Source: Octopus bimaculoides (lineage: Eukaryota). Taken from it: DNA of 64,000 nucleotides. Position numbers and translations under genes: made by a program. This document shows, piece after piece, positions 1-14,042 of the stretch. The notes under the pieces were generated by a model. That model saw only the letters and a program-made list of their open reading frames with translations, did not search any database and was not told the DNA's origin. The stretch lies in the NCBI RefSeq assembly GCF_001194135.2, contig NC_068985.1, positions 41,853,931 to 41,917,930 of the forward strand. The letters run 5' to 3'. Position 1 is the first letter of the stretch. Each line of letters opens with the position of its first letter.

Positions 1-438
1 GAGGTGGGTGGTTGATCAGATCGATTCCAGCACTTAACAGGTACTTCATTTTGTGGATCCTGGAAGCATGTAAATTACAGTCGTCCCCAGCGGGATTTGA
101 ACACAGAACGTAAAATGACATAACTAAATACTACAAAGTGTTTTGTCCATCGTTTTACCGATTCCACCATAGACAATAATAATAGTTATCTATTCTAACG
201 AAGCTACAAATTTGTAGCGAGATGGTTCGTCGATAAAAATCGACTCCTGGATTTCACTGGTATTTTATTTTATCAATTCCGAAATTGTCCTCTGCAGGAT
301 TTGAACTAACAACCTAAAGAACTAGGATGAAAAGCAAAGTTGACCGTGGCAGAATTTGAACTCAAAGCGTAAGGATGGACGAAATGCCGCTAAGCATTCT
401 GCCTGGCATGCTAACTATTCTACCAACTCGCCGCCTTG
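1..438 (-). mobile_element. Cluster of decayed tRNA-derived SINE fragments (family A, Meta-domain-like)
   Basis: Reverse complement of the gagttcaaatt B-box and the actttgc(c)tttcatcct core seen in many other copies in this window. Confidence 0.7.
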
Positions 439-1991
439 TTTTACAGTACACTTCCATGCAAGCATGGAACAATGGATGTTAAAATTCTGATGGAATTCAC
501 TGAGGCAGATTTTCTTTGGTAGGATGCTTTTCCTATTGCCAACCCTCACCTGTTTCCAAGTAACGTAATATTTCCCCAAGGCCAGATAAGTTCTTACAGA
601 AGACTGGAAATGAAGGCGACTGTTTAAGTGTCCACCATCCTTAAAGAACTGCTTACGTAAGTTCAAAGGTACAGATGAGAGTATGGATAGGGTGAATCGC
701 GAGAGCCTTGCACCTTTTGTCAACTTTGCCTTTCATCCTTTCGGGGTTGATGAAATAAGTACCAGTTANNNNNNNNNNNNNNNNNNNNNNNNNNNNNNNN
801 NNNNNNNNNNNNNNNNNNNNNNNNNNNNNNNNNNNNNNNNNNNNNNNNNNNNNNNNNNNNNNNNNNNNCTCTCCCCCACACTTCACATTGTCTCCCTATG
901 TCTCATCTGTTGACACTTTTATTGTGCTATTGATTGCTCTCCAGCCCTCCCCCTTTTTATGTATTACCATTTATCACCTCCTTCTCTCTGACCCACCCCA
1001 ATATTCCTTATATCCCACCATACAGATTCACCATTGCCAACGTCTCCATGTTTATCATTCACTGTATCTCATCCTATCCTTATCCTTACCAACTATTACT
1101 CTCCTTTTACACTTTTGCAAATCTACCTACCTAGCTACTCTTGATTTTTGGTCCCTATTCTGTTTTTATGCACCTTCTTGTAACTTAAGGACATACCCTG
1201 ATACCTCATCTCCATTCTTTCTCTCTTTCAGGATGGGATGCTGTGTGTCTTCCCTACAATAAGACACCTGTTCCTATCATACCTAATACTCTAAACACCT
1301 GGCATAAAACCACCGCCCTTAATACTTCACCCTCACTCTCCCAAGGAACACTCTTGTCTTGTAGGTTACTTAGTGATCTTACTAGTGCTGGTGCTGTGAC
1401 AAAAAAATTACCCATTACACTCTGTGGTTGGTATTAAGAAGAGCATCCAAGCATAGAATCCTTGCCAAAGTAGACATTGGATCTCAACACAAGCCTCTGA
1501 CTTGGATCATGTTGAACTGCCCAACCCATGTCTGCGTGGAATATAGATGTTGATAGATACATGTATGTAAAAATGTAATATGTATATGCATGTGTGTGTG
1601 TGTGTGTGTGCATATGTATGTATATATGTGTGTGTGATGCTGATGTTGATCATCATCATCTTTGCTAGCATTGGTTGGTTGGTTGAACTGGAACATGTCA
1701 GCATGGGGAGAGCAGATATTAAATGATTATGATGATGCATACATGTTGTGTGTGAGGGTTTGGGTGTGTATCTAAAATAGTAGTAGTAGTAGTATGTTAG
1801 TTGTCAGTGTTCTTGCTGCTGATGCTTGTTCACTGTCATGTTTCACTTTTTTGTATAGTTAATCATTGTCTCTGTCAGCGGTGCTTGCCCACTGTGGAGT
1901 TGAGTAAACAGCTATTGATAGGATGGTATCTTTAGATGTTATTCTTGCTTCAAGAAACTTCTTTATGCTACCTGTTTTCCTCCCCACCATA

Positions 1992-2019
<28 letters not shown>

Positions 2020-2023
<4 letters not shown>

Positions 2024-2752
2024 CTTTTACATGGTTCAGTCATTTGACTGCAGCCATGCTGGAGCACTGCCTTTAAGAATTTTAATCAAAGAAATCGACC
2101 CCAGAACTTATTCTATCAGTCATTTTTGCTGAACCATTAACTTATGGGGACATAAACACACCACCATCGGTTGTGAGGCAATGGTGGTGGTGGGAAACAA
2201 ATACAGACACAAAGACACACATAGATATATATACAACAGGCTTCTTTCAGTTTCTGTCTACCAAATCCACTATCAACCACTATCAAGGCTTTGATCGGCC
2301 TTAGGCTGTAGTAGAAGACACTTGTTCCAGGTGCCAGGCAGTGAGACTGAACCTGGAACTATGTAGTTGGGAAGCAAGCTTCTTACCACGCGGTCACGCC
2401 TGGACCATCATCATTTAATGTCAGCTTTCCATGCTGGCATGGGTTGGATGGTTTGACAGGAGCTGGCCAGCTGAAGAGTTGCCTGGGCTCCATGACTGTT
2501 TTGGCATAGTTTCTATGGTGGATACCTTTCCTAACTCCAACCACTCTATAGAGTGTACTGGATACTTTTACAATGCATCAGCATAGGCACTTTTACATAG
2601 CACAGGCACAGGTGCTTTTTATGTGGCACAAGCACCCACAAAATTAGGATCACTCAGCTGAAGAAGGATATAGGGGACATGGCTGTATGCAACGACAACC
2701 ATGATTTTACTTAGCTTGATGTGTCTTCTCAAACAGTGAACTGCAAGAGGTC

Positions 2753-2818
<66 letters not shown>

Positions 2819-3215
2819 CTCTTTTACTTGTTTCAGTCATTTGACTGTGGCCATGCTGGAGCACCGCCTTTAGTCGAGCAAATCGACCCCAAGACTTATT
2901 CTTTGTAAACCTAATACTTATTCTATCAGTCTCTTTTGCCGAACCACTAAGTTATGGGGACATAAACACACCAGCATCGGTTGTCAAGCGATGTTGGTGG
3001 GGGGACAAACACAAACACACAAACATATACACACACATACATATACATAAATATACGACGGGCTTCTTTCAGTTTCCGTCTACCAAATCAACTCACAAGG
3101 CTTTGGTCGGCCCGAGGCTACAGTAGAAGATACTTGCCCAATGTGCCACACAGTGGGACTGAACCCAGAACCATGTGGTTCATAAGCAAGGTACTTACCA
3201 CACAGCCACTTCTAT
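2020..3215 (-). mobile_element. Two tRNA-derived SINE copies (family B) with an RTE-tail repeat between them
   Basis: Both read ...cagtcatttgactg(c/t)ggccatgctggagcac...cttctttcagtttc...ccaaggtgcca...gggactgaacc...cttaccac. The tRNA A/B-box head is at the right end on the minus strand. Confidence 0.8.
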
Positions 3216-3739
3216 GCCTATGTATATATATATATCATCGTCATCTTTTAACATCTACTTTCCATGCTGGCATGGATTGGATGGTTTGAATGAGGACTGG
3301 CAAGCCAGGAGGCTGCACCAGGCTCCAGTCTGATCTTGCAAGGTTTCTACAGCTGGATGCCCTTCCTAACACCAACCTCTCTGAGAGTGTAATGGGTACC
3401 TTTTACGTGCCACCGGCATGGGTGCCAGTCAGGTGGTACTGGCATCAGCCATGACAGCGATTTTACTTGACTCAATAGGTCTTCTCAAGCACAGCACATT
3501 GCTTGACAATTGAAGGGAACTCTTAAATGGGCCAGTTATGCGACACTAGCATAGACCATAGCTATAATCTCACTTAGCTTGCTGGGTCATCTCAAGCACA
3601 ACATATCTCCAAAGATCTCGGTCGCTTGTCATTGCCTCAGTAATGTCCAACGTTCGAAGGTCATGCTTCACCACTGCATCCCAGATCTTCCTGGGTCTAC
3701 AAAATCAAAAACAAACAATGCAGACGTGCCAAATTAAAA

Positions 3740-4115
3740 ATATAAAAAATAGCGACAATTCACCCATTGCACCCTCACCCAGTCAACATCACGGTATTTG
3801 GAGTGATCACTAGTGATGGTGACATTATGCTTCCATTCATCTTCTCACATGGCCTCAGACTCAACATGGAGGTCTACATCAAGTGACTGAAGGAGATAGT
3901 GCTGCCCTGGGTCAAAAGGGTGGCTACTGGAAGACCCTATGTCTGGCCACAAGACTATGCACCATGCCACACAAGCAGAACTCAGTCATGGCTGTCAGAC
4001 AATTTCTGTGACCACATCACATCTAACATCTGGCCACCTAACTCCCCAGACTGCCACCTCCTTGATTATTGTGTGGAGCGCAGTTTAACAAGAGACCAAC
4101 AAAACTCCTTGTAAC
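3740..4115 (+). pseudogene. Tc1/mariner-superfamily (maT/DD37D-like) transposase relic
   Basis: Translates as V.GVITSDG...YVWPQDYAPCHTS...IWPPNSPDCHLLDY with stops and frameshifts. Confidence 0.75.
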
Positions 4116-6549
4116 ACCAAATTACAAGTCACTTCTTACTTAGTCTGGTTCTCTTACAATATGAGAAATCAGAATTATCTTCATTTTATTCATATGAGAT
4201 TATGGGATTATTCTATAATAATCTTCTATGATTTGTCTGCCCTAAAGCAAAAGAAGAATAAAAGCTTCCACCTCTTCCCATGGTATTGTTCTCTTTATGA
4301 GCATTCTCATCCAAGTTAAGGCATTGGCTCATGCAATTATATCTGGTTGGGTTCATAGAGTTTATATGTATTTTATATGAATTGTCTCTGTAAATGTGTT
4401 AGTACTTTATTGTCATATGTTTTTAGATAGGTTGATGGCTTGGTCTTTTGTTGAATATGTTTGTGACAATACAAACATAGATATGTCTTCATAAGCATAA
4501 AACTTCCTTACACACACACACACCAAACACACACATTTTTACATACACATACACATATGCTTGTGTGTTCATATATGACTGTACACATATGTACGTTCCT
4601 TTATTTAACATCAGATTTCCTTTGCTAGCATGAGTTGGACAGGAACTTATTTGAGACAACATTTTATGGCTGGATGCCCCTATTGTCACCAATGCTCAGT
4701 TGTTTTTGAAATGAGGTATCTTTTATTCCACTGGTCATCAAAAACTCAGAATGATTGTTCATTATGTCAACAAGGGATGTAAACATCACATCACCACTTC
4801 AATCTGACAAACAAATCTATGGAAAATCAACATCCATGCACACACTCACCCCNNNNNNNNNNATTGTTTGAGCTACTACTTCTCTGCATTGAGGTCATAG
4901 CTCTAGTACTACAGACAGGTGATCTAGAATGTCACAGGAATGAATCACAAGGTAGATTCTTCCAGCTGAACTGACTAGCAGTAGACCTAAAGGTCAACCG
5001 AGAACATGATAGATAATATCCATAGTCTCAGTTGGTCATGCTTGAGAATCCAGCCAAGAATTCTTATGTTGATTGCTTCTGATAGGACCTTGCAGAAGAG
5101 GTGCCTGAGGACTCTATTCCATGTCACTACTCTGAGTGTTACACTTTGTGCATTTGCTTTTGTGCCTGAGCAGTTGTAAAAGAATCAAGAAACACAGAGG
5201 AGCAACAGAGTGCAGCGTCAGCTTTAATTGACTAAAATAAACTTTGCTACATTTATTGAGTTCTCCTCTTCTCATTTGTTCATCAAATCATATGTATGTG
5301 TGTATGTCTTAATTTGTATAATTTGTACGTTTCTTCCTCTCCCTCCACAATTCACTTAATTAGTACTTCAAATAACCAACCTTTACTGTTTGAGTTACAT
5401 CTATTTTTGGTCTCTCAATCCATTTACTTCGGAAAGAGCAATTGGTCTATTTCATTATCAGACTGTTATTATCATTGCTGACCTAAAGAAAGCTTCAAAT
5501 AGTCTCTAGGTGTTTGTGTGTGGAGTGTAGCCTACATAATTTATACTTCGTCTAGTATAAAATGTTGATAATTAGAATGATGATGAGAGGAAATTGATCT
5601 GAATTGTTCCTGCCACCCACCTATCACTATCTGACTATGTCCATCTGTCTGTTGTTGTTTTAGCTCCAGGTCAGCTGTAGCCTAACAGGCATATTATCTA
5701 AAGACAATGTGGCTGTGACCATCCTCTCTTCTTTGTTTTTCTGAGACAGTGTATTTAGGGCCTCATTGTCGAATGTTTCCTTATTTAAAGAGAGTAGGTT
5801 ATGATTTGAGGAGATTTGGTTCTTATTTTTTGCTGGTTGAGCAATTTGGTATAGGCTCCCGCTGGTGTCCTCCTAATAAATGTCCTCTCTGCAGGGATAA
5901 CTTATGGCAGAAACTGTGAAGCTAATTTAGTTGATCTTTTCTCTCTACTCTTCACCCTCCTCTGTCTGTCTGTCCCCCCATGCATATTCATGTGTGTTGT
6001 GTATAATCCACATATACATACCCACACACTTCACTTTCTTTTTTTTTTCTTTTCTATTTATAAATATAATGCACATTTAAGCTTTCAGAAAGAAAAAAAA
6101 ACAGATGTTAAATCATTGTATAAGCACACATACACGCTCATATTCATACACACTCGCATTCATACACATACACATAGACTGCTTACAGATTTATAGTTTA
6201 TATACATATGTCAGTTATCAACAGCTGGTCTGATCTTCAGTTTCTTTTTACAGTTAGCCATTTCTTACATTATCAAGTACAGTAGTTAGCAGTCAACAAG
6301 CCAATCAGTTTATTAGCTAAGCTATTTCAGTCTGCAGAAAAGAGATAGTAACTCTCAACATTTCATACTTAATTTGAAACTTTTTGGACAATGATCTATT
6401 GTTATGACACCCTGCATTAAAAATATCTAGGTCATTTCAAAGCATGACCTTTCAGAAATAATCTATTTGAGCATAAAATGCATTCAACTGAGAAAGTTTT
6501 AACTTTTGCAGTTCGCCATTCATCATCATCATAGTATAAATGCCCATTT

Positions 6550-7162
6550 GGATCTCTTCAGTTTGGTTCAGTTTTTTAATTTTTTTTAACTAAACAGTTT
6601 GAAACTTCATATACTGGTGTAATTTCTCACACTGAGCACAGTTTACTTTCAACATTTTTGACAAAATTTCATATTTTAGAAGTTATTTTGTGTTAAAGTT
6701 GTCGTATTTGGGTAATTTTAACCAATCGATGTGTATTCAGCTGAAGAAACTTACTGCTGTTTGCGATAGTAATCAAAGAGCAACAACTTTGGGGTCATCT
6801 CTACTAAATGTAATTTTGGATCTCTTCAGTTTGGCTCACAGATTTTAAAATTATTTCTTTTTAACTAAGCAGTTTAGCCAAGCTAAAGAACACACCAAAT
6901 AATCCACACGTGGTTGAAATATACCTTTAGTAGAAATGACCCGGAAGTTGTTGCTCTTCGATTATTATTGCAAACTGCAGTAGGTTTCTTCAGCTGAAAA
7001 TTACCCAAATACGACAACTTTAACATGAAATAACTTGTAAAATACAAAATTTTGTTAAAAATGTTGAAAGTAAACCATGTTGTATACACCAGTATACAAA
7101 GTTTCAAACTGTTTAGTTAAGAAAAAAAATTTTTCAATCTGTGAGCCAAACTGATGAGATCT
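6550..7162. mobile_element. Foldback/MITE-like element with ~260-bp imperfect inverted arms and a nested partial end
   Basis: Termini ggatctcttcagtttgg and ccaaactgatgagatct. Arm 6550-6810 mirrors 6925-7162. A further left end lies at about 6818-6875. Confidence 0.75.
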
Positions 7163-7594
7163 GTCCTTTTTCTATGCTTTCATAGATTGGATGGAATTTG
7201 TTGAAGCAGCTTCTCTACAGCATGATGCCCTTCTTGTTGCCAAAACTTATTTTTATGATATTTTTCACTAGATTTTAGCATCTTAGCACTGGCTGTGGTC
7301 TTTCATTGCATAACTCACAGGAACACTTTATATCACCACACATCATAGATTTTTTTTTTTTTTGCCGTCTGACATATGCAACAATATAGAAAAACTGTTA
7401 CACAGTATATTTTATGTTGTAGATATTTTATTGTATCACAGTCACTAGAAAGGTTGTTTCTGGATGGTTGGACCTAAAAAGCATCTAGTCCACACCGTAA
7501 AGGGCATCCAGCTGTAAAAACCATGCCAAAACTGACCTTGCCTATGCTTGTGCCACATAAAAAGCACTCAGTCCACTCTGCTGGGTAGTTGGTG

Positions 7595-8800
7595 TTAGGA
7601 AGGGCGAAGTCTGAGGTGTTCAGGATTGCAAAGTAGTGTGTCAGAGAAAATAGAGATGTGGTAGGTGAGAAATGTGTGCAAATTTATAATGGTATGCTTG
7701 CACTTAATGACTCAAGAGAAGAAAGATGCATGGAAGTGCCACTATGAAAGGTTACTAAATGTGAAAAATGAATGGGAGAAGGAGAGTTTACCAAATATCA
7801 AACCAATTGAGGGACCAGCCATCACAGTTGATAGCAGCATAATAGATAAGGCAATTAAGGACATGTAGACAGGGAAAGCCCCTGGACCATCAGGAATCAC
7901 TGCTGAGATTATTAAAATTTCTGGTGGTGTAGGATACAGCTTAGTCACCCATATAGCTAATCAGGTTATTCAGGAAGGCACCATCCCCAACGGCTGGTGT
8001 AGTAGCATTATAGTTAGTTGCTATAAGGGTAAAGGTGATACCTTAGATAGAAACAACTACAGGGGTATTAAACTGCAAGACCAAGTCATGAAAGTTACTG
8101 AGAGGGTTATAGCTCAATTGATTAGAAATAGAATTAAACTAGATGAGATGCAGTTTGGTTTTGTACCTGGGAAGAGTACCACAGATGCCATGTTCCTAGT
8201 GAGACAGCTACAGGAAAAATACTTGGCCAAAAGTAAGCCATTGTACTTAGCCTTTGTCGACCTGGAGAAAGCTTTCAACAGAGTTCCCTGCTCTCTTATA
8301 TGGTAGGTTCTAAGGAAGTTAGAAGTAGAGGAATGGCTTGTTAGAGCTGTACAAGCCATGTACAGTGGTGCTGTCAGCAAGGTGAGAATCAGCTATGAAT
8401 ACAGTGATGAATTTAGCGTTCAGGTAGGGGTTCACCAGGGCTAAGTTCTCAACCCACTCTTATTCATTATAGTCCTCCAGGCCATAACTGAGGAATTCAA
8501 AACTGGGTGCCCGTGGGAACTACTATATGCTGATGACCTTGCTCTTATTGCAGAATCTTTAGCAGAATTGGAGAAGAAATTCCCAGTATGGAAACAAAAC
8601 CTGGAATCAAAGGGCCTTAAAGTTATCCTAGCTAATACAAAAGTGGTTGTCAGTAAGAAAGAAGATAAAACTTTCTTCCATCAGGCAAATTGCCCTGCTC
8701 CGTATGTAGGAAAGGAGTTGGAAGAAATTCCATTTGCTGCACCCAGTGTAAACTATGGACACATAAGAGATGTAGTGGTATCACAGGTAGATTAACAGAT
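7595..8800 (+). mobile_element. RTE-clade LINE reverse-transcriptase fragment (degenerate)
   Basis: GKAPGPSG, NYRGIKL, QFGFVPGKSTTDA, FVDLEKAF, GVHQG and YADD motifs with in-frame stops. Confidence 0.92.
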
Positions 8801-10324
8801 AAAGTAGTCTTTGTATGTGGCTGCAGTCCAATGACTAAAACAGGTAAAGACTAAAAGAAAGGAATTTTTTTTAAAAAATCATTGCAGGACTTAAATGTAT
8901 GAAGGAGTGAAAGCCACTTTTGATACTGTGATTTGAGACCACATGTGTAGGCAGTCATTGTCAACATCAACAGATGGCATATGTCTATATATATATACAT
9001 ATATATCATTATTACCTTCATTTAACATCTATTTTTCCATGTTTCATGGCTCTTACGGAATTTGTTGAGTTGGTTTTCTACAACCAGCTGTCCTTCCTGT
9101 TGTTAACTTTCATCTGTTTCCAAGCAAAGTAATATTTCCCCATATCCAGACATGTTTTTCACAGAAGACTGGGGACAAGCAACATCACTTGTATGACGAT
9201 GATGCTCATTTTCAACAGTCACATGACATCAAAACGAAGGTACAAACACATACACATGCACATATGTATGTATGTATGTACACACACACACACACACACA
9301 CACATACAGTGGTCTTCTTTCAGTTTCCATCTACTGAATCCATTCGTTAGGCTTTGGTTTATCTGGGAATATAGTAGAAGACATTTGCTATTTAGTGGGA
9401 CTGAACCTGAGACGACATGGTTGGGAAGAAAGTTATTTACGTACAGAGCCACACCATATGTTCATAATGATTTCTAATTAACTATTAGTTGGGAGATAGC
9501 ATGGTATTGTCAACTATTTTACCATATGTTGAGAAAAATGTATTTACTTAAACTTTTATTGATCTATGGTATTTTAATGAAGAAATTTTGTTTAATGAAG
9601 TTGCTGAATGTTATATAAAAATGTTTATTTAAAACAAAAGTTATTGTAAGTTATGAAATTAATTGCTACATCTTAGTTTGTTTCAAAGATTAAATTTAGA
9701 TTACTGTTCTGACTAATATCTAATGTATTATTTGGGTCACAACCTGGTTGAGTCAACAATTTGAGAGTCTGCTTGTTCAAGGCTCATTGATTTATATGTA
9801 GTCACATTGTACTGTCAATGATAAAGAGCACCACTACTTGTCAACTCAGCCTATTTAGCTATAAATAGCTACCTTATGAAAGTAGAGACCACTACCAATT
9901 AGAGCTAGTCAATACTAGTGACTTCTGTATTTCGCTTAGGTGCCATGTTGAACATTACTTCTGTCATTCAGGTGGCCCCCTGCCCTGAAGTATATGAGAT
10001 AAAGTTGTTAACCCCTTGAATCTGTCTGCATTCTTGGGAGAAAGGGTGTTGTGAGAGGTCTCCCTCTCCATGTCTTTGCCACAAAGCAAATACTGATCCA
10101 AGAGTGAGAAAAGTGTTGACCTCGTACCAGTAACTTGACTAGTACTTTATCAACCTTAGAAAAAACACAAAAGCAAAGTTGACTAGGGTAGGATTTGAAC
10201 TCAGGATATAGAGAGCTAGTAGAAATACTGCAAGGCCTTCTATCTGATGCTCTATCAACTCTGCCAAGTGATTACCATCAGTGACAATGTTATATAAGTA
10301 CTTCATTAAAAGGTAAAAGTTACC

Positions 10325-10555
10325 TTCTTGAGTTGTGCCAGCTCATAAGGGCCAGTTTCTCAGTTTTCATGGCATATAAATTTTCCAAGTGGATGGGACA
10401 CTGGTCTGTCACAGGATTACTCATTTGAAACATTACTCAATGTGAAATGAAGTATTTTGCTCAAGAACACAATGCATTGCTGGGTCCAGGAATCAAAACC
10501 ACAATCTTACAATCATGAGTTCAACACCCTAACCACTAAGCCATGTGCCTCCACT
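10325..10555 (-). mobile_element. tRNA-derived SINE (another family; related fragment at about 27915-28025)
   Basis: Minus-strand head ggaggcacatggcttagtggttagggtg...ttgattcctgg followed by gtgttcttgagcaaaatacttc. Confidence 0.6.
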
Positions 10556-12574
10556 AAGTACGTCATTATCTTGTAATGCCACATTCAGAGAGGAACTAGC
10601 CTAGTTTCACATGGTACAAAAGTAATATTACTCGCATATATATATATAGACTTAAAGGACTTCCAATTTTGCGAATTGTTGAAAATTGTTTACTGCCTAT
10701 GCCACATTTCAGATCGAACCTGCAAATTCCTTATTTCTATTGCAATTGGACTTATGACTATTCAAGAAAAAAAAAATAGGAGAGAGAAATAGAAAGAAAG
10801 AAAGGAAAAAACAATATTACAGTAGATATACTCTGATGTAGTATGACTGTCTGCAAAGATGGTCTGTGGAAAATTGATAGCATAGCAACTTTTCAGTCTG
10901 CCCTTATTGATTGTCACATTACTGTAGAGTAAATTGCAACCACACATCTATATACTGTTCTTACTGATAGTTACACTAGAATAAGTTGTTTACCATGAGA
11001 TATTCCATAATATTACATGAAATTCTTTCAACAAAAATGGTGCACCTATGGCATAATAATCCTCAAGTGAGTCACTTTATTGTAATGGTGTGACTCATGT
11101 AAAGCTAATTAATACAGAATTGAATTAATACTTTGTGGTCAACACACATCGCATGATACATTCTGTATTTATAATAGACTTAATACTATCAGTTTTGAAT
11201 TCTAATAACTGTGTAGAGGTGTAGAATGTAACATGTTAATGACTTTATTGTAACATGATCAACTGCACCTTTAGTCTATAGGAAATTCCTATGATTTATA
11301 ATCTCCATGAAACTAGTATTGTAGAGCATACTAAAGAAAGAAAACATGTTGCTGACCTGCCTCTACTGTAACATGACTATTTGCAAAAGCAGCAAAGTGG
11401 TAAAAAGTTTTACACTTTCTTACAACATATTGTAATTAACTTATGTACAAAATGGCTTAGGGTGCCCTAGCACAGCTGCAGCCTAGTGACTCTTTTCTTA
11501 ATTGATACAAGGACTTTACTGATTCAATCTATGATGCTAGCAGCAAACAGTTTTCAAAACAATGCCCAGTAGAAGCTTTCATTTTTACTCCTGTAAAAAT
11601 GAGAGTTTTGATAACCCAATAAATTAAAGTCTTAATAATGAATGATAGTGATTTCAAAATTAGTGTTTGTAGTGACATTTGAAGTAAGATCTGGTCCACA
11701 ACTCAACAAGTATGCAACTTAATAGTCATATACTAGTTAGTGGGTTTTGAGTTAATGTTGGTAGTAATTTTAGAATTAGTATTAGTAGTGTTGGTAAAAG
11801 TAAGGGGTGGGCAATAGTTCAACAAGTATGGGTTCTAGTAGTGAAATACTAGTTATTGGTAGTACTTTTAGAATTAATAATTGTAGGAGTGAGGTCTACT
11901 TCTATAACCTCTATTAGCTAGATGTGATAGTTTTAAAGTTAATTGTAGTAGCAATGATACAAATAAAGGCCTCACAAGTTAACAGTTGTATAGTTATTAG
12001 AAGTTAGAGGGTTTTTTTTTAGTTAGTGATAGTAGAAATAGAGCTCTCCCACAACATAACAGTGATGTTGTACTAGTCAGAAGTGGTAAATTTTACAGTA
12101 AATCAGAACAAAGTTGTGTAAGTGAAGGCTGCTATCATGTCTCAAGTAGATATGTGTGATTCATAACTTTGACCAGCATGGAACTTTGCCATGTGTCACT
12201 GGTTGCCAGTGGGATTACAGTCATGATTGGAATATAATGTATGTGGCTTATTGTGTTGCTATAGAGACAGCAGAAGATTAATTGTTAAACATTCAGTAAG
12301 CTTTCATTACAAAATAACTGAACACACAGCTGGCAAAGTAATATTTGTTCAGTTACTTTTTTAAAAATGGGTGCTACCCCTCTCTTTTCAGTTACCACAA
12401 TCTTGATATCTTCTAGGGTCAAGAGTGGGTGTCTATGTTTGTTCTTAACCACTCCTAAAATAATTAACAAGAGTGTAGTACATGTTGCCAAGTCATATTT
12501 GTTTGTGAGTGATGGCTGTGGCTATATATATTTATATATATTGTTTCTCTGAATGTGTGTGTCTTTTCTTTTAT

Positions 12575-12940
12575 CTTTTACTTGTTTCAGTCACTTGACT
12601 GCAGCCTTGCTGGGGCACCACCTTGAAGGGTTTTAATCAAACAAATTGATCCTAGGATTTATTTTTTTAAGCTTATTCTAATGATCTCTTTTGTTGAACC
12701 ACTGAGTTATGGAGGTGTAAACACATCACCACCAGTTGTGAAGTAGTGGTGGGGAACATACACAGACATAGATATATACATACTTATATACAACAGGCTT
12801 CTTTCGGTTTCTGTCTATGAAATCCACTCACAAGACTTTGGTCAGCCTGAGGCTATAGTTGAAGACACTTGCCCAAGGTGCCACACTGAGACTGAACCTA
12901 GAACCACGTGGTTGAGAAGTAAGCTTCTTACCACACAATA
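12575..12940 (-). mobile_element. Family B SINE (further copies at about 9305-9460, 21055-21460, 32365-32765, 54760-54935, 58740-59165)
   Basis: Direct similarity to the copies at 2020-3215. Tail is (AAAAGAAT)n. The copy at 32365-32765 looks youngest. Confidence 0.8.
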
Positions 12941-13767
12941 GTTCATATATCCAAAAAAGAAGCACACTCTAAAACATTTGAGCAGTAATATACTTTTTTA
13001 GAAGGTTGACTGTTATGGCTGGTCAGAGAATAACCATTGGTTTCACACCTATTAAGTGCTTAGCTGTATAGGTGACTTAGCAGACTCAAATCTGATGTAT
13101 CACCTGTGCAGCTAAGCATGTTATAGATGCAAAACTAATGGTCACTCTCTGATCAGCCATAACAATCAATCTTCTAAAAAAAAACATAGAGAGAGAGAGT
13201 GTGTGTGTGTGTGTATTTCTGTGAATGTGGTGTATTTAGTGTCTTTAGTTAATAAATATTTCATGCTAGTATGTAGTAATTTGAATACAGAAATCTTCAA
13301 CCAGCACTGCTGTTGTTGAATTTACTGAAAATTATTGTGTCCAACTTTCTAGATACTCACATGAATCTATGGTATGAATGTAGCTTTAGATACTAAGTAT
13401 ATGGTCTGTTAGATGAGAAAAACAATGAAACATATTTTCTTCTTCCACAAGACACCTGTTCCCATCTCTTTGTTACACTTTCATAGCCTTCGATTGTATA
13501 CCCTTTTCAGTTGAAGGGCCTTGTCTTGTGGATATGAGGTAACCTCACCAGTGCTGGTGCCATGGAAGAAAAGGCATTTAGTACACTCTGGAGTGGTTGA
13601 CATTTGGAAGGACATCCAGTGGTAGAAACCATGCCAAAGCAGAAGCTGGAGCTCAGTGCATCCCCTCTGGTTTGTTAGTTCATATTGAACTGTTCAATCC
13701 ATTTGAGCATGGAAAAAGGGACATTAGATGATGATGAGGATAATGATGTGTGTGAGTGTGTTTAATT

Positions 13768-14042
13768 TTTCTTTTAAAGTACCAAAACAATGTAAGTTAT
13801 AAAATTAATACAGGTTGATGGTTTTACCCGGTATATCATTATTTCGGGATTAGGACCTCTTCTTCTGGTAATCTTTAGAGAAAAGGTGTTGTTAATTGAC
13901 TTTTCTGTCCTAAAAGACAGCCAAAATCAACCAAAGATTTCCCGAAGAAGGGGTCCTAATTTTGAAATATGGAAATACCAAGTAAAGACCATTGATCTGT
14001 ATTAATTTTATAACTTACATTGTTTTGGTATTTTAAAAGAAA
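13768..14042. repeat. ~270-bp imperfect palindrome with degenerate hammerhead-like motifs in both arms
   Basis: 13768-13880 mirrors 13930-14042. The arms read AUUUC-CCGAAGA-AGGGG..UUUU-GAAA-UAUG-GAAAU (+) and AUUAC-CAGAAGA-AGAGG..UCCC-GAAA-UAAU-GAUAU (-). Confidence 0.7.

Noticed and set aside
888-1262. 124-aa ORF
   Set aside because: Pyrimidine-rich low-complexity sequence with no recognisable motif.
6735-6790. CUGAAGA in the foldback arms as a hammerhead core
   Set aside because: There is no correctly placed GAAA, stem III or stem I partner.
11600-12150. TAG/GTA-rich tract
   Set aside because: It looks like a decayed microsatellite, with no periodic structure or coding signal that I could support.
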